DNA from: an uncultured Clostridia bacterium
GTDB lineage: Bacteria > Bacillota > Clostridia > TANB77 > CAG-508
NCBI GenBank assembly: GCA_934167495.1
Contig: CAKPKP010000005.1
Location: forward strand, 19,451-83,450
Direction: 5' to 3'
DNA: 64,000 nucleotides
The notes beneath the pieces were generated by a model. That model worked only from the letters and a program-made list of their open reading frames with translations, was not told the DNA's origin and searched no databases. Below are positions 37,046-48,142 of the stretch, piece by piece. The position numbers and the translations under genes were made by a program. Position 1 is the stretch's first letter. Every line of letters begins with the position of its first letter.

Positions 37046-38311
37046 TTATTTTATAAATATTCTTACTATATCATTGTACGAAATATATATAGAAAAAGTA
37101 ATTAAAACTAAAAAACCAGCTGTTTGCAATCCAATTTCAAAATTTTCTCTTAATGGTTTTCTTCTTATTGCTTCAATTATTAATAGTACAATCTTTCCTC
37201 CATCTAAAGGAGGGAATGGTAATAAATTTGTAACACCTAATGATAAAGAAATTAATGCTAATAAGTAAACAAATTCATAAACACCATTTGTTTCTGCAAC
37301 CATCTCTGATATTCCAATAGGTCCCATCATTTGGTCTACAGATACTTTACCTTTAAATAACATTTTTAAATTATCAATTATTGAAGTTGAAAATCTAACA
37401 GTATCCCAAAAGCCATAATAAATATTATTTCCAAAAGACTTATCTGATTGTTTCATATAAACACCTAAATAATATGCTTTTGAAATAATAGGCTCTATTT
37501 CAACATTTATTTCTTCTCCATTTCTTGTTACTGTTATATTTATTTTTCCATCTGATGAATTTATTAATTCTACAACGTTATAAGGGTTTGATTCTACATC
37601 AATACCATTTATTTTCTGAACTATATCACCTTTTTTTATAATATCACTTGCTGGTGACTCAGGATACACATATTTAATTTCAGTAGACAAACTTTCACTA
37701 GAATTTCCAAAATATATTCCTATATTTTTAGTTTGTTCTTCTGTTGGATTGACCTTGTAATTGATTATTTCATTATTTCTTTTTATATCTATACTTAATG
37801 TTTCTCCAGCATTTTTTTCCATTATATCATCAATGTCATATTTTAAATGCACTGTTTTATTATTTATTTTTATAATTTCGTCTCCACTCTGAATTCCTGC
37901 AACCTCACAACCATATCCAGAAATAGTATTTTCTATAGTTGTAGTTACAAAATTCCCATTAGAGCTAACTAATACAAAATATAATATTACTCCAAATATT
38001 ATATTTACTCCTCCACCCGCTACTACTATCGCAATTCTTTTTGGTATTGGAGCTTTACTAAAAGAACCTTCTTTATCAGAACGTTCTTCTTCTCCTTCTA
38101 AGTTAACAAAACCTCCAAGTGGTATAAGTCTTAATGTATATTTTGTTTCTTTTCCTTGTTTTTTCCAAATAATTGGACCAAAACCAATTGAAAAATCATT
38201 TACCTTAACTTTGCATAATTTAGCTATAAGAAAGTGTCCACCTTCATGAATAGTTATAAGAAATCCTAATACAAAAACTATTTTTATAGCATTTATTAAT
38301 ATTTCAAACAA
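37046..38311 (-). CDS. rseP: RIP site-2 zinc metalloprotease RseP/YluC with PDZ domain
   Basis: HEGGHFLIAK (HExxH) in TM1, PDZ region, LDGG motif near the C-terminus. Confidence 0.85.
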   Translation of the reverse strand: MFEILINAIKIVFVLGFLITIHEGGHFLIAKLCKVKVNDFSIGFGPIIWKKQGKETKYTLRLIPLGGFVNLEGEEERSDKEGSFSKAPIPKRIAIVVAGGGVNIIFGVILYFVLVSSNGNFVTTTIENTISGYGCEVAGIQSGDEIIKINNKTVHLKYDIDDIMEKNAGETLSIDIKRNNEIINYKVNPTEEQTKNIGIYFGNSSESLSTEIKYVYPESPASDIIKKGDIVQKINGIDVESNPYNVVELINSSDGKINITVTRNGEEINVEIEPIISKAYYLGVYMKQSDKSFGNNIYYGFWDTVRFSTSIIDNLKMLFKGKVSVDQMMGPIGISEMVAETNGVYEFVYLLALISLSLGVTNLLPFPPLDGGKIVLLIIEAIRRKPLRENFEIGLQTAGFLVLITFSIYISYNDIVRIFIK

Positions 38312-38322
38312 AATATTACCTC

Positions 38323-39132
38323 CTATATAAACAATATTAATGCATAATACGCAAAAGGTGCTATAAATATAACACTATCTATTCTATCTAACATTCCTCC
38401 ATGACCCGGAATTAAATCACTAAAATCTTTAACATCTAAATTTCTTTTTATACTTGATGCTGCAAAATCTCCTATTTGACTAAATGCACTAAGAATTATT
38501 CCAAGTATTGCTATAAATATGTACGAAATATTTTGTTCAAAAAAGTTATTAAGCACAACTGTATATAAAACTACTGAAATAGTTGCACCAACTAAACCAG
38601 CTATACAACCTTCTATAGATTTATTTGGACTTACTTTACTAAATTTATGTTTTCCAAATTTTTTACCAATTGTATATGCTGCTATATCTGTTCCCCATGA
38701 TGATATAAGTATATACCAAATTAAAAGTTTTCCATTTTCTATTCCATATAATATTGGAATAAATACTGTAAATCCAACTATATAGGCAATACCTAAAAAT
38801 GTATATGCCATATCTTCAAAATTCCATTTTAAATTAGATATTATTACTTGCAAAAACAATAACAACAAAGTTACTGGTATCATTAAATGAATTATAATAT
38901 TAATATACTCCTGTGGTATAATATGTATAAAAGCTATAATAGCACAAGCAACATATCCTACCCATGATATTGGTTTAATTTTTCCTTTGCAACTTTTACT
39001 ATATTCATAAAATGATCTCATTGCTATTATAGCCATAAATCCATCAATTATATACTTATTTGCAAAAACAAATAACAAAACAACTAATGGTAATCCAATT
39101 ACACCTGATAAAATTCTTTTTATATTATTCAT
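38323..39132 (-). CDS. cdsA: Phosphatidate cytidylyltransferase
   Basis: Polytopic protein with C-terminal GHGGMLDRIDS signature. Confidence 0.8.
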   Translation of the reverse strand: MNNIKRILSGVIGLPLVVLLFVFANKYIIDGFMAIIAMRSFYEYSKSCKGKIKPISWVGYVACAIIAFIHIIPQEYINIIIHLMIPVTLLLLFLQVIISNLKWNFEDMAYTFLGIAYIVGFTVFIPILYGIENGKLLIWYILISSWGTDIAAYTIGKKFGKHKFSKVSPNKSIEGCIAGLVGATISVVLYTVVLNNFFEQNISYIFIAILGIILSAFSQIGDFAASSIKRNLDVKDFSDLIPGHGGMLDRIDSVIFIAPFAYYALILFI

Positions 39133-39152
39133 ATATTAAAATTTCCTTTCGT

Positions 39153-39869
39153 TTATTTAGCTCCGAATTTTCTATTTCTTCTTTGATATTCTTCAATAGC
39201 TTCTAATAAATCCTCTTCACTAAAATCTGGCCAGTTTTTACTTACGAAAACAAATTCAGAATAAACTAATTGCCAAGGTAAAAAATTACTTGTTCTTATT
39301 TCTCCACTTGTTCTTATTAATAAATCTGGATCAGGCATATTTTTAGTATATAAATTATTTGAAATTAATTCTTCATTTATATCTTCTATATCTATTTTAT
39401 TTTCTTTTATATCTTTTGCAATATTTTTAACTGCATTTACTATTTCATTTCTTCCACCATAATTAAATGCAATATTAAAAACTATACCTGTATTATTTTT
39501 TGTTTTCTCTTCTGTTTCTTCTATACTTTTTTGTAAACTTTTTGAAAGTTCCTCTCTGCTTCCTAATATATTAATTTTTATATTTTCTGTGTCTGCCTTT
39601 TTTCTAAAATTGTCTATATAGCTTTGAAGTAATAACATTAATGCTCCTACCTCTTCTTTACTTCTTTTCCAATTTTCTGTTGAAAAAGCATATACAGTAA
39701 TATATTTTATTCCTATACTATTTGCATATCTTACTATTTTTTCTAAAGTTTTAGCTCCTTCTTTATGTCCAAATTTAACATCAAGATTTTTACTTCTTGC
39801 CCATCTTCTATTTCCATCCATTATTATTGCTATATGATTTGGTAAATTATTATTATCAACTTGAGCCAT
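39153..39869 (-). CDS. uppS: Undecaprenyl-diphosphate synthase (isoprenyl transferase)
   Basis: HIAIIMDGNRRWA signature at the N-terminus. Confidence 0.9.
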   Translation of the reverse strand: MAQVDNNNLPNHIAIIMDGNRRWARSKNLDVKFGHKEGAKTLEKIVRYANSIGIKYITVYAFSTENWKRSKEEVGALMLLLQSYIDNFRKKADTENIKINILGSREELSKSLQKSIEETEEKTKNNTGIVFNIAFNYGGRNEIVNAVKNIAKDIKENKIDIEDINEELISNNLYTKNMPDPDLLIRTSGEIRTSNFLPWQLVYSEFVFVSKNWPDFSEEDLLEAIEEYQRRNRKFGAK

Positions 39870-39879
39870 ATTTTTCTCC

Positions 39880-40437
39880 TTATACAGACATTATTTCTTT
39901 TTCTTTATTAGCTAATATATTATCTATATCTTCAATTTTCTTGTCTGTCATTTTTTGTATAGTTTCTTCTGCTTTTCTTAAATCGTCTTCAGTTATAAGA
40001 CTTTCTTTTTGCATAGATTTTGCTTCTTCTATTCCATCTCTTCTTATTGATCTTATGCTTATTTTAGCTTCTTCAGCTATTTTTTTAATTTCTTTTACTA
40101 AGTCTCTTCTTCTTTCCTCTGTTAATTCTGGAAAACTTAATCTTATAACTTTTCCATCATTATTAGGATTTAATCCAATATCAGAAGCTAATATTGCTTT
40201 TTCGATATCTTTTAAAACACTAGCATCCCATGGTTGAATTACTATTAATCTTGCTTCTGGTATAGAAACACCAGCAACTTGATTTATTGGTGTTGGCACA
40301 CCGTAATAATCTACTTTTACTTTATTTAATATTGCTGGATTTGCTCTTCCAGCTCTAATCTCTGCTAAATTTTCTTCATAAACACTTACTGTTTTTTTCA
40401 TTCTTTCTTCTATCTCATTATATTCCATAATATTCAC
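39880..40437 (-). CDS. frr: Ribosome recycling factor
   Basis: 185 aa; the conserved Frr length and conserved synteny between pyrH and uppS. Confidence 0.9.
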   Translation of the reverse strand: MNIMEYNEIEERMKKTVSVYEENLAEIRAGRANPAILNKVKVDYYGVPTPINQVAGVSIPEARLIVIQPWDASVLKDIEKAILASDIGLNPNNDGKVIRLSFPELTEERRRDLVKEIKKIAEEAKISIRSIRRDGIEEAKSMQKESLITEDDLRKAEETIQKMTDKKIEDIDNILANKEKEIMSV

Positions 40438-40454
40438 CTTTCAAATTAAAATTA

Positions 40455-41156
40455 TTATTGTACTATTGTACCTACTTTTTCACCTTTTACTGCTTTAACA
40501 ATATTTTCTGGTTCACTTATTGCAAATACAAGTAAAGGTATATTGTTTTCTTTACATAAAGATGTAGCTGTTGCATCCATTACTTTTAAATCTCTATTTA
40601 AAATATCTAAATATGTTATTTCATCAAATTTTTCTGCTGTTGGATCTAATTTTGGATCTGCAGTATAAACTCCATCTATAGTTTTTGCAAGAAGTATAAC
40701 TTCTGAATCTGTTTCAGCTGCTCTTAAAGCTGCTGCTGTATCTGTTGTAAAGTATGGGTTTCCTGTTCCTCCAGCAAATATTACTACTCTACCTTTTTCT
40801 AAATGTTTTATAGCTTTTCTTTTTATATATGGTTCTGCTATTTCTCTCATTTCTATTGATGTTTGTAATCTTGTAAATATTCCTCTTGCTTCTAATGCAT
40901 CTTGTAAAGCTAAACCATTTATAGTAGTAGCAAGCATTCCCATGTAATCTGATGTTGTTCTTTCCATTTGATGTCCATATTTTCCTCTCCAAAAATTTCC
41001 TCCTCCTACTACTATAGAAACTTGAACTCCAAGCTCTACTATTTCTTTAACTTTATCACAAATGTTTCCTATTGTTTCAGCATCTATTCCAGCTGATTTA
41101 TTTCCAGCTAATGCTTCCCCACTTAATTTTAGTAATACTCGCTTATATTTTATCAC
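40455..41156 (-). CDS. pyrH: UMP kinase
   Basis: [13 protein letters not shown]-terminus; amino-acid kinase fold. Confidence 0.9.
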   Translation of the reverse strand: MIKYKRVLLKLSGEALAGNKSAGIDAETIGNICDKVKEIVELGVQVSIVVGGGNFWRGKYGHQMERTTSDYMGMLATTINGLALQDALEARGIFTRLQTSIEMREIAEPYIKRKAIKHLEKGRVVIFAGGTGNPYFTTDTAAALRAAETDSEVILLAKTIDGVYTADPKLDPTAEKFDEITYLDILNRDLKVMDATATSLCKENNIPLLVFAISEPENIVKAVKGEKVGTIVQ

Positions 41157-41249
41157 AAAAAAACACTCCTCTTCTTATAAATTTTTACTTTTCACATTTT
41201 ATCATATAATTTATAAAAAAAAAGTGTTTTTTCAAATTTTTTTCAAATT

Positions 41250-42041
41250 TTATATATATTTTTTTATATTTACTACAACTTTTCCAGATTTTGTTTCTTT
41301 TTCTATAGAATCAAATACAAATTTACCTTTTCCTCTTATTGTTATAATATCTTTTTCATTTATTTTTTTAGACAATCTTATCTCGTTTTCTGAATTTATA
41401 AACACTCTTCCCTCTTCAATTATTTCTGTTGCTTTAGTTCTAGAACACTTTGCAAGTTCTGATATAAAATTATCTAATCTATTAGAAGATATAATAATCT
41501 TAAACTCCTCAAATTCAGTTTTCTTATTTAATAATTCATCAATATTTTCTATTTCAATTTTTGCTTTTTTAAATCTTATTAATTGTTCCAAATTCATTTT
41601 TATATACTCAGCTATTTCTTTTAAAACAATAATATCAGCTCCATCGCTATTTACAATTATATCTCCGAATTTTTCTCTTTTTATTCCAAGTTTCATAATT
41701 CCACTCAAATAATCTCTATGTTCATATTTTCCTTTAAGATCATTTGGAAGAATAATTCTTACTATTTCTAAAATATCTTTAATATTATTTTTGATTAAAT
41801 CTAAATTTAATTTTTCTGGATAAAATATTAGTACATTTCTATCTGCATTTTCATTTCTTCCACCATAAAAAATATAATTAGTTATTTTTTCTTGTTTTAT
41901 TATTTTTTCTGCAATTCCTCTTTGATATAAATCTAAAAAATCTGTATTAACAATTTTATTTTTAGATTTGCAAAATTTTATTTTATCTAATATTTTAGCT
42001 TGTATTAATAAATCATATTCTTTTTTATTGGCATCTTGCAT
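41250..42041 (-). CDS. S4-domain RNA-binding protein (YlmH-like)
   Basis: C-terminal RLDNFISELAKCSRTKATEIIEEGRVFINSE matches the S4 domain pattern. Start overlaps the dxs stop by about 36 nt. Confidence 0.45.
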   Translation of the reverse strand: MQDANKKEYDLLIQAKILDKIKFCKSKNKIVNTDFLDLYQRGIAEKIIKQEKITNYIFYGGRNENADRNVLIFYPEKLNLDLIKNNIKDILEIVRIILPNDLKGKYEHRDYLSGIMKLGIKREKFGDIIVNSDGADIIVLKEIAEYIKMNLEQLIRFKKAKIEIENIDELLNKKTEFEEFKIIISSNRLDNFISELAKCSRTKATEIIEEGRVFINSENEIRLSKKINEKDIITIRGKGKFVFDSIEKETKSGKVVVNIKKYI

Positions 42042-43909
42042 ATTTTCCCTCTATTTGACACATTTTCATTGCATAATTCTTTACATATTTTATAGATACT
42101 TTCTATATCTAACCCATAATCTTTTTCTATTTCATCTACATTCCCTTGTTTTATAAATCTATCTGGGTATCCTAAATTTACTATTTTAGCACCGTTTGCT
42201 ATTAATTTTATTTGTTCTCCTAATCCGCCTTTTAATATTCCATCTTCGATAGTAACAACAGTTTTAGTTTTGTTTATAGATTCTTGTATTGTTTTAGAAT
42301 CCAATGGTTTTAATGTTCTAGCATTAATTACTTCTACTTTAATTTTATCTTTTAAAAGCATTTCTTGCACTTGCATAGCTTTTGAAACCATTTTTCCTAT
42401 GGCAACTATGGTTAAATCATTACCATCGCATAAAATTTCACTTTTTCCATATTCTATTTTTCTATTAATTTCAAATTTATAGGCACTCTCTGAACCTCTT
42501 GGATATCTTATAGCAACTGGCTTTCTTAAATTTACAGCAAATTCAAGCATATCTTCTAATTCTCTAAAATCTTTTGGTGCTAATATATTCATATTCGGAA
42601 TTTGATTTAAAAATGCCATATCGAACATTCCTTGATGAGTTTCACCATCATTACCTACAATTCCAGCTCTATCAATACATAGAATAACAGGTAAGTTTTG
42701 TAAACATATATCATGTATTATTTGATCATATGCTCTTTGAAGAAAAGATGAATATATTGGAACAACAGGAATTAATCCTTGTGTAGCAAATCCAGCAGCT
42801 AATCCAACAGCATGTTGTTCAGCAATTCCTACATCAAAAAATCTATTTGGAAATTTCTCTGAAAATTCTTTAAGTCCTGTACCATCAGTCATAGCTGCAG
42901 TTATTGCAACAATTTTTTCATTCTGCTTTGCAAGCTTTACAAGTTTGTCCCCCATGACTCTTGAATAATCAATTTTTCCTTTTGATAATTTTTCTCCTGT
43001 AGATATATTAAAGCTTGATGTACTGTGAAAGCTATCTGGTTTTTCTTCAGCTGGTTTATAACCTTTTCCTTTTTTAGTTAAAACATGTATTAGGATAGGT
43101 CCGTCAAGTTCTGTACTTATCTTTAATATTTCTTCTAATTTTTCTATGTTATGCCCATCAACAGGCCCTAGATATCTAAAACCAATATCTTCAAAATACA
43201 TTTTAGGAATTACTAATTGTTTTATACTTCTTTTGAATTTTTGAATTATTTTTACTAAAAATCTTCCTATAATAGGTATTTTTTGTATAATTCTTTTTCC
43301 TGATATATTAGTTTTGGTATATAATTGTTTAGTTCTAAGTTTTGTAAGTAGCATTGAAATACCACCAACATTTTTAGAAATACTCATCTCGTTATCGTTT
43401 AATATTACAATTAAATTTGAATTACTACTTCCTGCATCATTTAAAGCTTCTAATGCCATTCCACCTGTTAAAGCACCATCACCTATAATTGCTATAACTT
43501 TGTTATCTTCTTTTAAAATATCTCTTGACCTTGCCATTCCCAAAGCTATAGAAATTGAATTACTACTATGCCCTGTATTAAATGTATCATATTCTGATTC
43601 TGATGTTTTGGGAAATCCTGCTATTCCATTTTTAGTTCTTAATGTATCTATCTTATCTTTTCTACCTGTAAGTATTTTATGTACATATGTCTGATGCCCA
43701 ACATCCCATATTATTTTATCCTTTGGTGCATTAAAAATTGAATGAATCGCAATTGTAAGTTCAACTACACCTAAATTAGATGCTAAATGCCCACCTGTTT
43801 TTGAAACAGTATTTATAATTAATTCTCTTATTTCTTTTGATAATTCTTTTTTATCTTCCAAATTTAATTTTTTTAAATCACTTGGATTATTTATACTATC
43901 TATTACCAT
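42005..43909 (-). CDS. dxs: 1-deoxy-D-xylulose-5-phosphate synthase
   Basis: 634 aa; TPP-binding GDGAL...N motif (IGDGALTGGMALEALN); transketolase-like architecture. Confidence 0.9.
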   Translation of the reverse strand: MVIDSINNPSDLKKLNLEDKKELSKEIRELIINTVSKTGGHLASNLGVVELTIAIHSIFNAPKDKIIWDVGHQTYVHKILTGRKDKIDTLRTKNGIAGFPKTSESEYDTFNTGHSSNSISIALGMARSRDILKEDNKVIAIIGDGALTGGMALEALNDAGSSNSNLIVILNDNEMSISKNVGGISMLLTKLRTKQLYTKTNISGKRIIQKIPIIGRFLVKIIQKFKRSIKQLVIPKMYFEDIGFRYLGPVDGHNIEKLEEILKISTELDGPILIHVLTKKGKGYKPAEEKPDSFHSTSSFNISTGEKLSKGKIDYSRVMGDKLVKLAKQNEKIVAITAAMTDGTGLKEFSEKFPNRFFDVGIAEQHAVGLAAGFATQGLIPVVPIYSSFLQRAYDQIIHDICLQNLPVILCIDRAGIVGNDGETHQGMFDMAFLNQIPNMNILAPKDFRELEDMLEFAVNLRKPVAIRYPRGSESAYKFEINRKIEYGKSEILCDGNDLTIVAIGKMVSKAMQVQEMLLKDKIKVEVINARTLKPLDSKTIQESINKTKTVVTIEDGILKGGLGEQIKLIANGAKIVNLGYPDRFIKQGNVDEIEKDYGLDIESIYKICKELCNENVSNRGKICKMPIKKNMIY

Positions 43910-43924
43910 TTTTCAACTTCCTTT

Positions 43925-44569
43925 TTATATAACTCCAATAACTAAAGCTAATGCTATTACTGGTACAAAAATATTATCAGTTCCTTTTATTGAAACAGCT
44001 TCAACAACTGTTAATATACAAGCTATTGCTAAAGCTTTTAATAACCAATATGAAACTCCTGTTACAGCAAAAAATACTGATAAAATTAATAAAGAAACCG
44101 TTAGCATAGTTAATGAACCAGCTATTGTTTTAGTTTTATTTCCAACTTTATAAGATTTACTTTTTATCTTTTGTCCAATTATAGATGCTAATCCATCACC
44201 ATATCCCATTATTAAAATTCCGCACAATCCTACATATGGTTTATTTATTATACCAAATGTAACTATTGAAGTTATTAATAGTGATATTGCGTAATATACT
44301 GTACCTAATCCATCATTTTCTTCTCTTTCCATTGTTTTTATTATATTAAATTTATATGATGCATAATTTATGAATATAAATAATGTAGGTAAAATAGATG
44401 CCCATATTACATTATCGAATAGTAACATTGCTATTATCCACCAATTTGATAATGATATATGTACAAATTTTCTACTAGCTTCCTTACCAAATTTTTCGAC
44501 TTTCTTTGATATCATCATAACAATAGCTATGTATAAAATTGATACAACTATTCCAATAATATTATTCAT
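43925..44569 (-). CDS. CTP-dependent transferase-family membrane protein (CdsA/dolichol-kinase-like)
   Basis: GYGDGLASIIGQKIKSKSY...KTIAGSL resembles the CDS/DGK1 family motif GDxxAS..G...KT.EG. Confidence 0.45.
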   Translation of the reverse strand: MNNIIGIVVSILYIAIVMMISKKVEKFGKEASRKFVHISLSNWWIIAMLLFDNVIWASILPTLFIFINYASYKFNIIKTMEREENDGLGTVYYAISLLITSIVTFGIINKPYVGLCGILIMGYGDGLASIIGQKIKSKSYKVGNKTKTIAGSLTMLTVSLLILSVFFAVTGVSYWLLKALAIACILTVVEAVSIKGTDNIFVPVIALALVIGVI

Positions 44570-44684
44570 ATTAAAATTCCTCCTACGTCAATAGTTGTTT
44601 TATTATATCAGATATTGTCAAATATTTAAATAGTTTTTTATTAATTAGTTCTTCATATACAAAATTTGCATATGAAGAAAAAAA

Positions 44685-44706
44685 ACAGATGGAAAATTCC
44701 ATCTGT
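44685..44706 (-). terminator. Rho-independent terminator after the surface-protein gene
   Basis: ACAGATGGAaaatTCCATCTGT preceded on the plus strand by an A-run (a T-run on the minus strand). Confidence 0.55.
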
Positions 44707-44721
44707 TAATATAAATTATAA

Positions 44722-45429
44722 TTATTTAACATCTCTTAAATCTTTTAATTTAAAACTTAATACAATTGATACTATTCCAATAGCAATCATGGCAAAGAAT
44801 ATTGTGAATTCTTTTCCGGCATATGGTATTTCTGTTTCTGATACAGTGCTATCTTCTCCATTATCTTCTATTGGATTTATTGTAGGTATTTCAGTTGGCT
44901 TTGGAGATTGAGAAGGTGTTACTGTTGGTGCTGGAGTTGCAGTTGGTGTAACTGTTGGAGTTGGTGTTGGTGTTAAATCTTCTTTTTTTACTATATCTTT
45001 AATTACAAGTGGTGTTGATGTACATTCTGAAGGTCTTTCCAAATTTTCGTTAGCAAATGCTTCTGGATTTACACTTAAATTTGCATCTCCTTCTCCTATT
45101 ACTTTAAATTTAAAAGTCATTCCTGTTAATTCATCGCTTCCTGAATACCAACATACATTTATTTTTCCTAGAGTTTTTACACTATAATTATCTTCTGATA
45201 TATTTGCACTTATAAATTCTAATTTATCTGAATCATAATTTAAAATATAATCTGCTGCTTGCATTTTTTCTTTCCAGTTGACATAAATGTCTATTACATC
45301 ATCTACTTTTGCATTTGCATTTGATGTAGTTATGCTTATATTTAAATTTTCTAAAGCAAAAACACTTCCAATAAATACAGACATTATTACTACTAAAATA
45401 GTACTTATTATTAAAATTTTATTTTTCAT
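44722..45429 (-). CDS. Secreted, membrane-anchored surface protein with beta-sandwich (cohesin-like) domain and Thr/Pro linker
   Basis: Signal peptide, TPTPTPTVTPTATPAPTVTPSQSP linker, C-terminal TM helix plus basic tail. Confidence 0.45.
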   Translation of the reverse strand: MKNKILIISTILVVIMSVFIGSVFALENLNISITTSNANAKVDDVIDIYVNWKEKMQAADYILNYDSDKLEFISANISEDNYSVKTLGKINVCWYSGSDELTGMTFKFKVIGEGDANLSVNPEAFANENLERPSECTSTPLVIKDIVKKEDLTPTPTPTVTPTATPAPTVTPSQSPKPTEIPTINPIEDNGEDSTVSETEIPYAGKEFTIFFAMIAIGIVSIVLSFKLKDLRDVK

Positions 45430-45610
45430 ATGTAATCTCCTTAAAAATAGTTTTCTATATTTATTTTAACTATTTTCTTCTTCATTTTCAATACTTATTT
45501 TCATTATTACATAAATGATATTTGTTTGTAACAATATTGTAATAGTTTCTTTCACTTAATGCGTAAATAACTTTTTGTGCAAAATATTTATGATATATTC
45601 TTTTAGGTTA

Positions 45611-46267
45611 TTAATAATTACTCTTACATATTTTATTTACAAAATATTCAAAGAATTTCATATCCATCAGATACTCAGGATGCCATTGCACTGCAATTAT
45701 ATTTTTATTTTCTATACCTTCTACAATATTATCTTCGCTTTTTGCAATTACTTTAAAGCCTTTTGCAACATCTTTCACAGCTTGATGATGTAATGAATTT
45801 ATTTCCATACTATCTGTATTATAACAATCATATAGAAAAGAATCTTTTTCTAACTTTACCTTATGTCTTTCTTCTAGATTTAATTTATGATTTGGAATAT
45901 CTTGATATAATGTTCCTCCAAAACAAACATTTATAGCCTGTATTCCTCTACAAATTCCTAATATAGGTTTATTAACATTATTAAATGCTTTAATTAATGT
46001 AAAATCTAATGTATCAGTTTCTTGTGCCATTTTATGAATTTCTTCAATTGGTTGCTCTCCATACTCTTTTGGATTTACATCTATAATACTTCCTGTAACA
46101 ATTAATCCATCACATATTTTAACAACTTCATCTAAATTTGTTAATGAACTAATTGGAAATAATAATACATTAAGTTTTTCAAATATATCTTTATACTCTT
46201 TGTCTATATAATACTTTTCACTATTACCTTCAGATAAAAAATATCTTTCTGTTATTCCTAATATCAT
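45611..46267 (-). CDS. Class-I glutamine amidotransferase-like / peptidase C26 (gamma-glutamyl hydrolase family)
   Basis: GICRGIQAINVCFGG (nucleophile Cys) and WHPE motif. Confidence 0.65.
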   Translation of the reverse strand: MILGITERYFLSEGNSEKYYIDKEYKDIFEKLNVLLFPISSLTNLDEVVKICDGLIVTGSIIDVNPKEYGEQPIEEIHKMAQETDTLDFTLIKAFNNVNKPILGICRGIQAINVCFGGTLYQDIPNHKLNLEERHKVKLEKDSFLYDCYNTDSMEINSLHHQAVKDVAKGFKVIAKSEDNIVEGIENKNIIAVQWHPEYLMDMKFFEYFVNKICKSNY

Positions 46268-46287
46268 AATTTTCTCCTTAAATTTTT

Positions 46288-46363
46288 TGGCTGGGGTACT
46301 GTGATTCGAACACAGGAAATGTCGGAGTCAGAGTCCGATGCCTTACCGCTTGGCGATACCCCA
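46288..46363 (-). tRNA. tRNA-Gln (anticodon CUG), CCA encoded
   Basis: Minus-strand reading UGGGGUAUCGCCAAGCGGUAAGGCAUCGGACUCUGACUCCGACAUUUCCUGUGUUCGAAUCACAGUACCCCAGCCA. Cloverleaf with U1-A72, anticodon loop CUCUGAC, T-loop UUCGAAU. Nearly identical 5' half to E. coli tRNA-Gln. Confidence 0.85.
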
Positions 46364-46520
46364 ATGATTAATTTATTTTATCACAAAAAAAATTATATAT
46401 CTAGTATTTATCTTAAATTTATATTATATTTTTATCTTCTCAAATTTAAATTCTTTATTGCAAAAGAAAATAGACTAAAGTGCTAATTTTTCACACTTTA
46501 ATCTATTTTGATTACAAACT

Positions 46521-47789
46521 TTACTCGTTTTCTAACTCATTTTCAATATTTAATAATCTATTATATTTAGCCACTCTATCAGTTCTACAAGGTGCTCCTG
46601 TTTTTATTTGTTTACTATTTACTGCAACAGCTAAATCCGCAATAAAAGTATCTTCTGTTTCTCCTGATCTATGTGATATTATTGTTTTATATCCATTTCT
46701 CTTTGCCAAATCTATACAATCTAAAGTTTCTGTTAAAGTTCCTATTTGATTTGGTTTAATTAAAATACTATTTGCTATTTTATTAATAATACCTTTTTCT
46801 AATCTCTTTTGATTTGTAACAAATAAATCATCACCTACAAGTTGTACTTTTTCACCTATTTTACTACTTAAAATTTTCCAAGATTTCCAATCCTCTTCTG
46901 CTAATCCATCTTCTATTGAAATTATTGGATATTTTTCTGTTAATTGAACTAAATAATCTATCATTTCTTCATTACTTTTTAGTTCACCTGTCTTCCAAAA
47001 CAAATATCCTTCTTCGCCTTTCTTTCTTGCTTCATCATACATTTCTGTACTTGCTACATCCAATGCAATTGCAATATCTTCTTTTGGTCTAAAACCTGCT
47101 TTTTTTATTGCTTCTATTATCGTTTCAATTGCTTCTTCTTCACTTGGTAAATTTGGTGCAAATCCCCCCTCATCACCTACTCCAACAGAATACCCTTTAG
47201 CTTTTAAGATACTCTTTAAATTATGATAAACTTCTGCTCCCATCTGAACAGCTTCTTTAAACGAAGATGCACCTATAGGCATTATCATAAATTCTTGAAT
47301 ATTAATATTATTTTCTGCATGTTTTCCTCCGTTTAATATATTCATCATAGGAATTGGTAAATACTTAGCATTAACTCCACCAACATAATTATACAAAGTT
47401 TGCCCTAAAGAATTAGCTGCCGCTCTACAAACAGCTAATGAAACTCCTAAAGTAGCATTTGCACCTAAGTTAGACTTATTTTCTGTTCCATCCAATTTTA
47501 TAAGTTCTTCATCTATTTTTATTTGATTATACACATTCATTCCTTCAATTCTTTTAGCTATCTTATTATTTACATTATCTACTGCTTTTTCTACACCTTT
47601 TCCATTATATCTTTCATCTCTATCTCTTAATTCTATTGCTTCAAAACTACCCGTTGAAGCACCTGATGGAACCATAGCTGTACCAGAAAATCCACCTTCT
47701 GTAACAACCTCAACTTGTACGGTTGGATTACCTCTAGAATCTAAAACTTCTAAGGCCTTAACACTTTCTATTTTTAAATAATCTTTCAC
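46521..47789 (-). CDS. eno: Enolase (phosphopyruvate hydratase); likely GTG start
   Basis: [23 protein letters not shown]-terminus. The track ORF extends 21 codons further upstream, but a GGAGTG RBS sits 8 nt before an in-frame GTG (VKDYLKIE...), giving about 422 aa. Confidence 0.9.
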   Translation of the reverse strand: MKDYLKIESVKALEVLDSRGNPTVQVEVVTEGGFSGTAMVPSGASTGSFEAIELRDRDERYNGKGVEKAVDNVNNKIAKRIEGMNVYNQIKIDEELIKLDGTENKSNLGANATLGVSLAVCRAAANSLGQTLYNYVGGVNAKYLPIPMMNILNGGKHAENNINIQEFMIMPIGASSFKEAVQMGAEVYHNLKSILKAKGYSVGVGDEGGFAPNLPSEEEAIETIIEAIKKAGFRPKEDIAIALDVASTEMYDEARKKGEEGYLFWKTGELKSNEEMIDYLVQLTEKYPIISIEDGLAEEDWKSWKILSSKIGEKVQLVGDDLFVTNQKRLEKGIINKIANSILIKPNQIGTLTETLDCIDLAKRNGYKTIISHRSGETEDTFIADLAVAVNSKQIKTGAPCRTDRVAKYNRLLNIENELENE

Positions 47790-47898
47790 TAATATCACTC
47801 CTATTCTATATCTAGTATCCCCATAATTTTCCTTAATAAACATATATAACAAAAATTATAATATATGGAAGGATTTCAAATTTAGTAAAACTTTTATA

Positions 47899-48086
47899 TA
47901 CAAAGTATTTATCTAATAGGAATTTCAAAGAAATTTTCTATTAGAGAACAAAAGCGGAAATTAATAACTTTTGTACTTATTAAAACATTTTGAAGTCCGC
48001 GTCTTTGTTCGTGTGCGAAATTTGCAAAGCAAATTTCTGTACAAAGTATTTATCTAATAGGAATTTCAAAGAAATTTCCTATTAGA
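47899..48086 (-). repeat. Structured intergenic repeat, copy A (about 95-nt core flanked by two 46-nt direct repeats, each a hairpin AATAGGAATTTCaaaGAAATTTCCTATT)
   Basis: The core aacaaaagcggaaattaataacttttgtacttattaaaacattttgaagtccgcgtctttgttcgtgtgcgaaatttgcaaagcaaatttctgtacaaa is nearly identical to 54782..54877 and 60590..60685. Sits directly 3' of the minus-strand gene 48143..48883. Confidence 0.8.
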
Positions 48087-48142
48087 TAAAAAAGAAGCTA
48101 CCTATATTTCAAGGTAACTTCTAAAAAATCTAATTACTAATT

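Noticed and set aside
41062-41712. 216-aa plus-strand ORF rich in F/I/S/L
   Set aside because: Antisense to pyrH and the S4-domain gene, low-complexity composition typical of AT-rich antisense frames, no RBS.
47853-47898. Possible additional terminator between eno and repeat copy A
   Set aside because: Only weak AT-rich pairing is present. The repeat hairpins themselves are the more plausible terminators.
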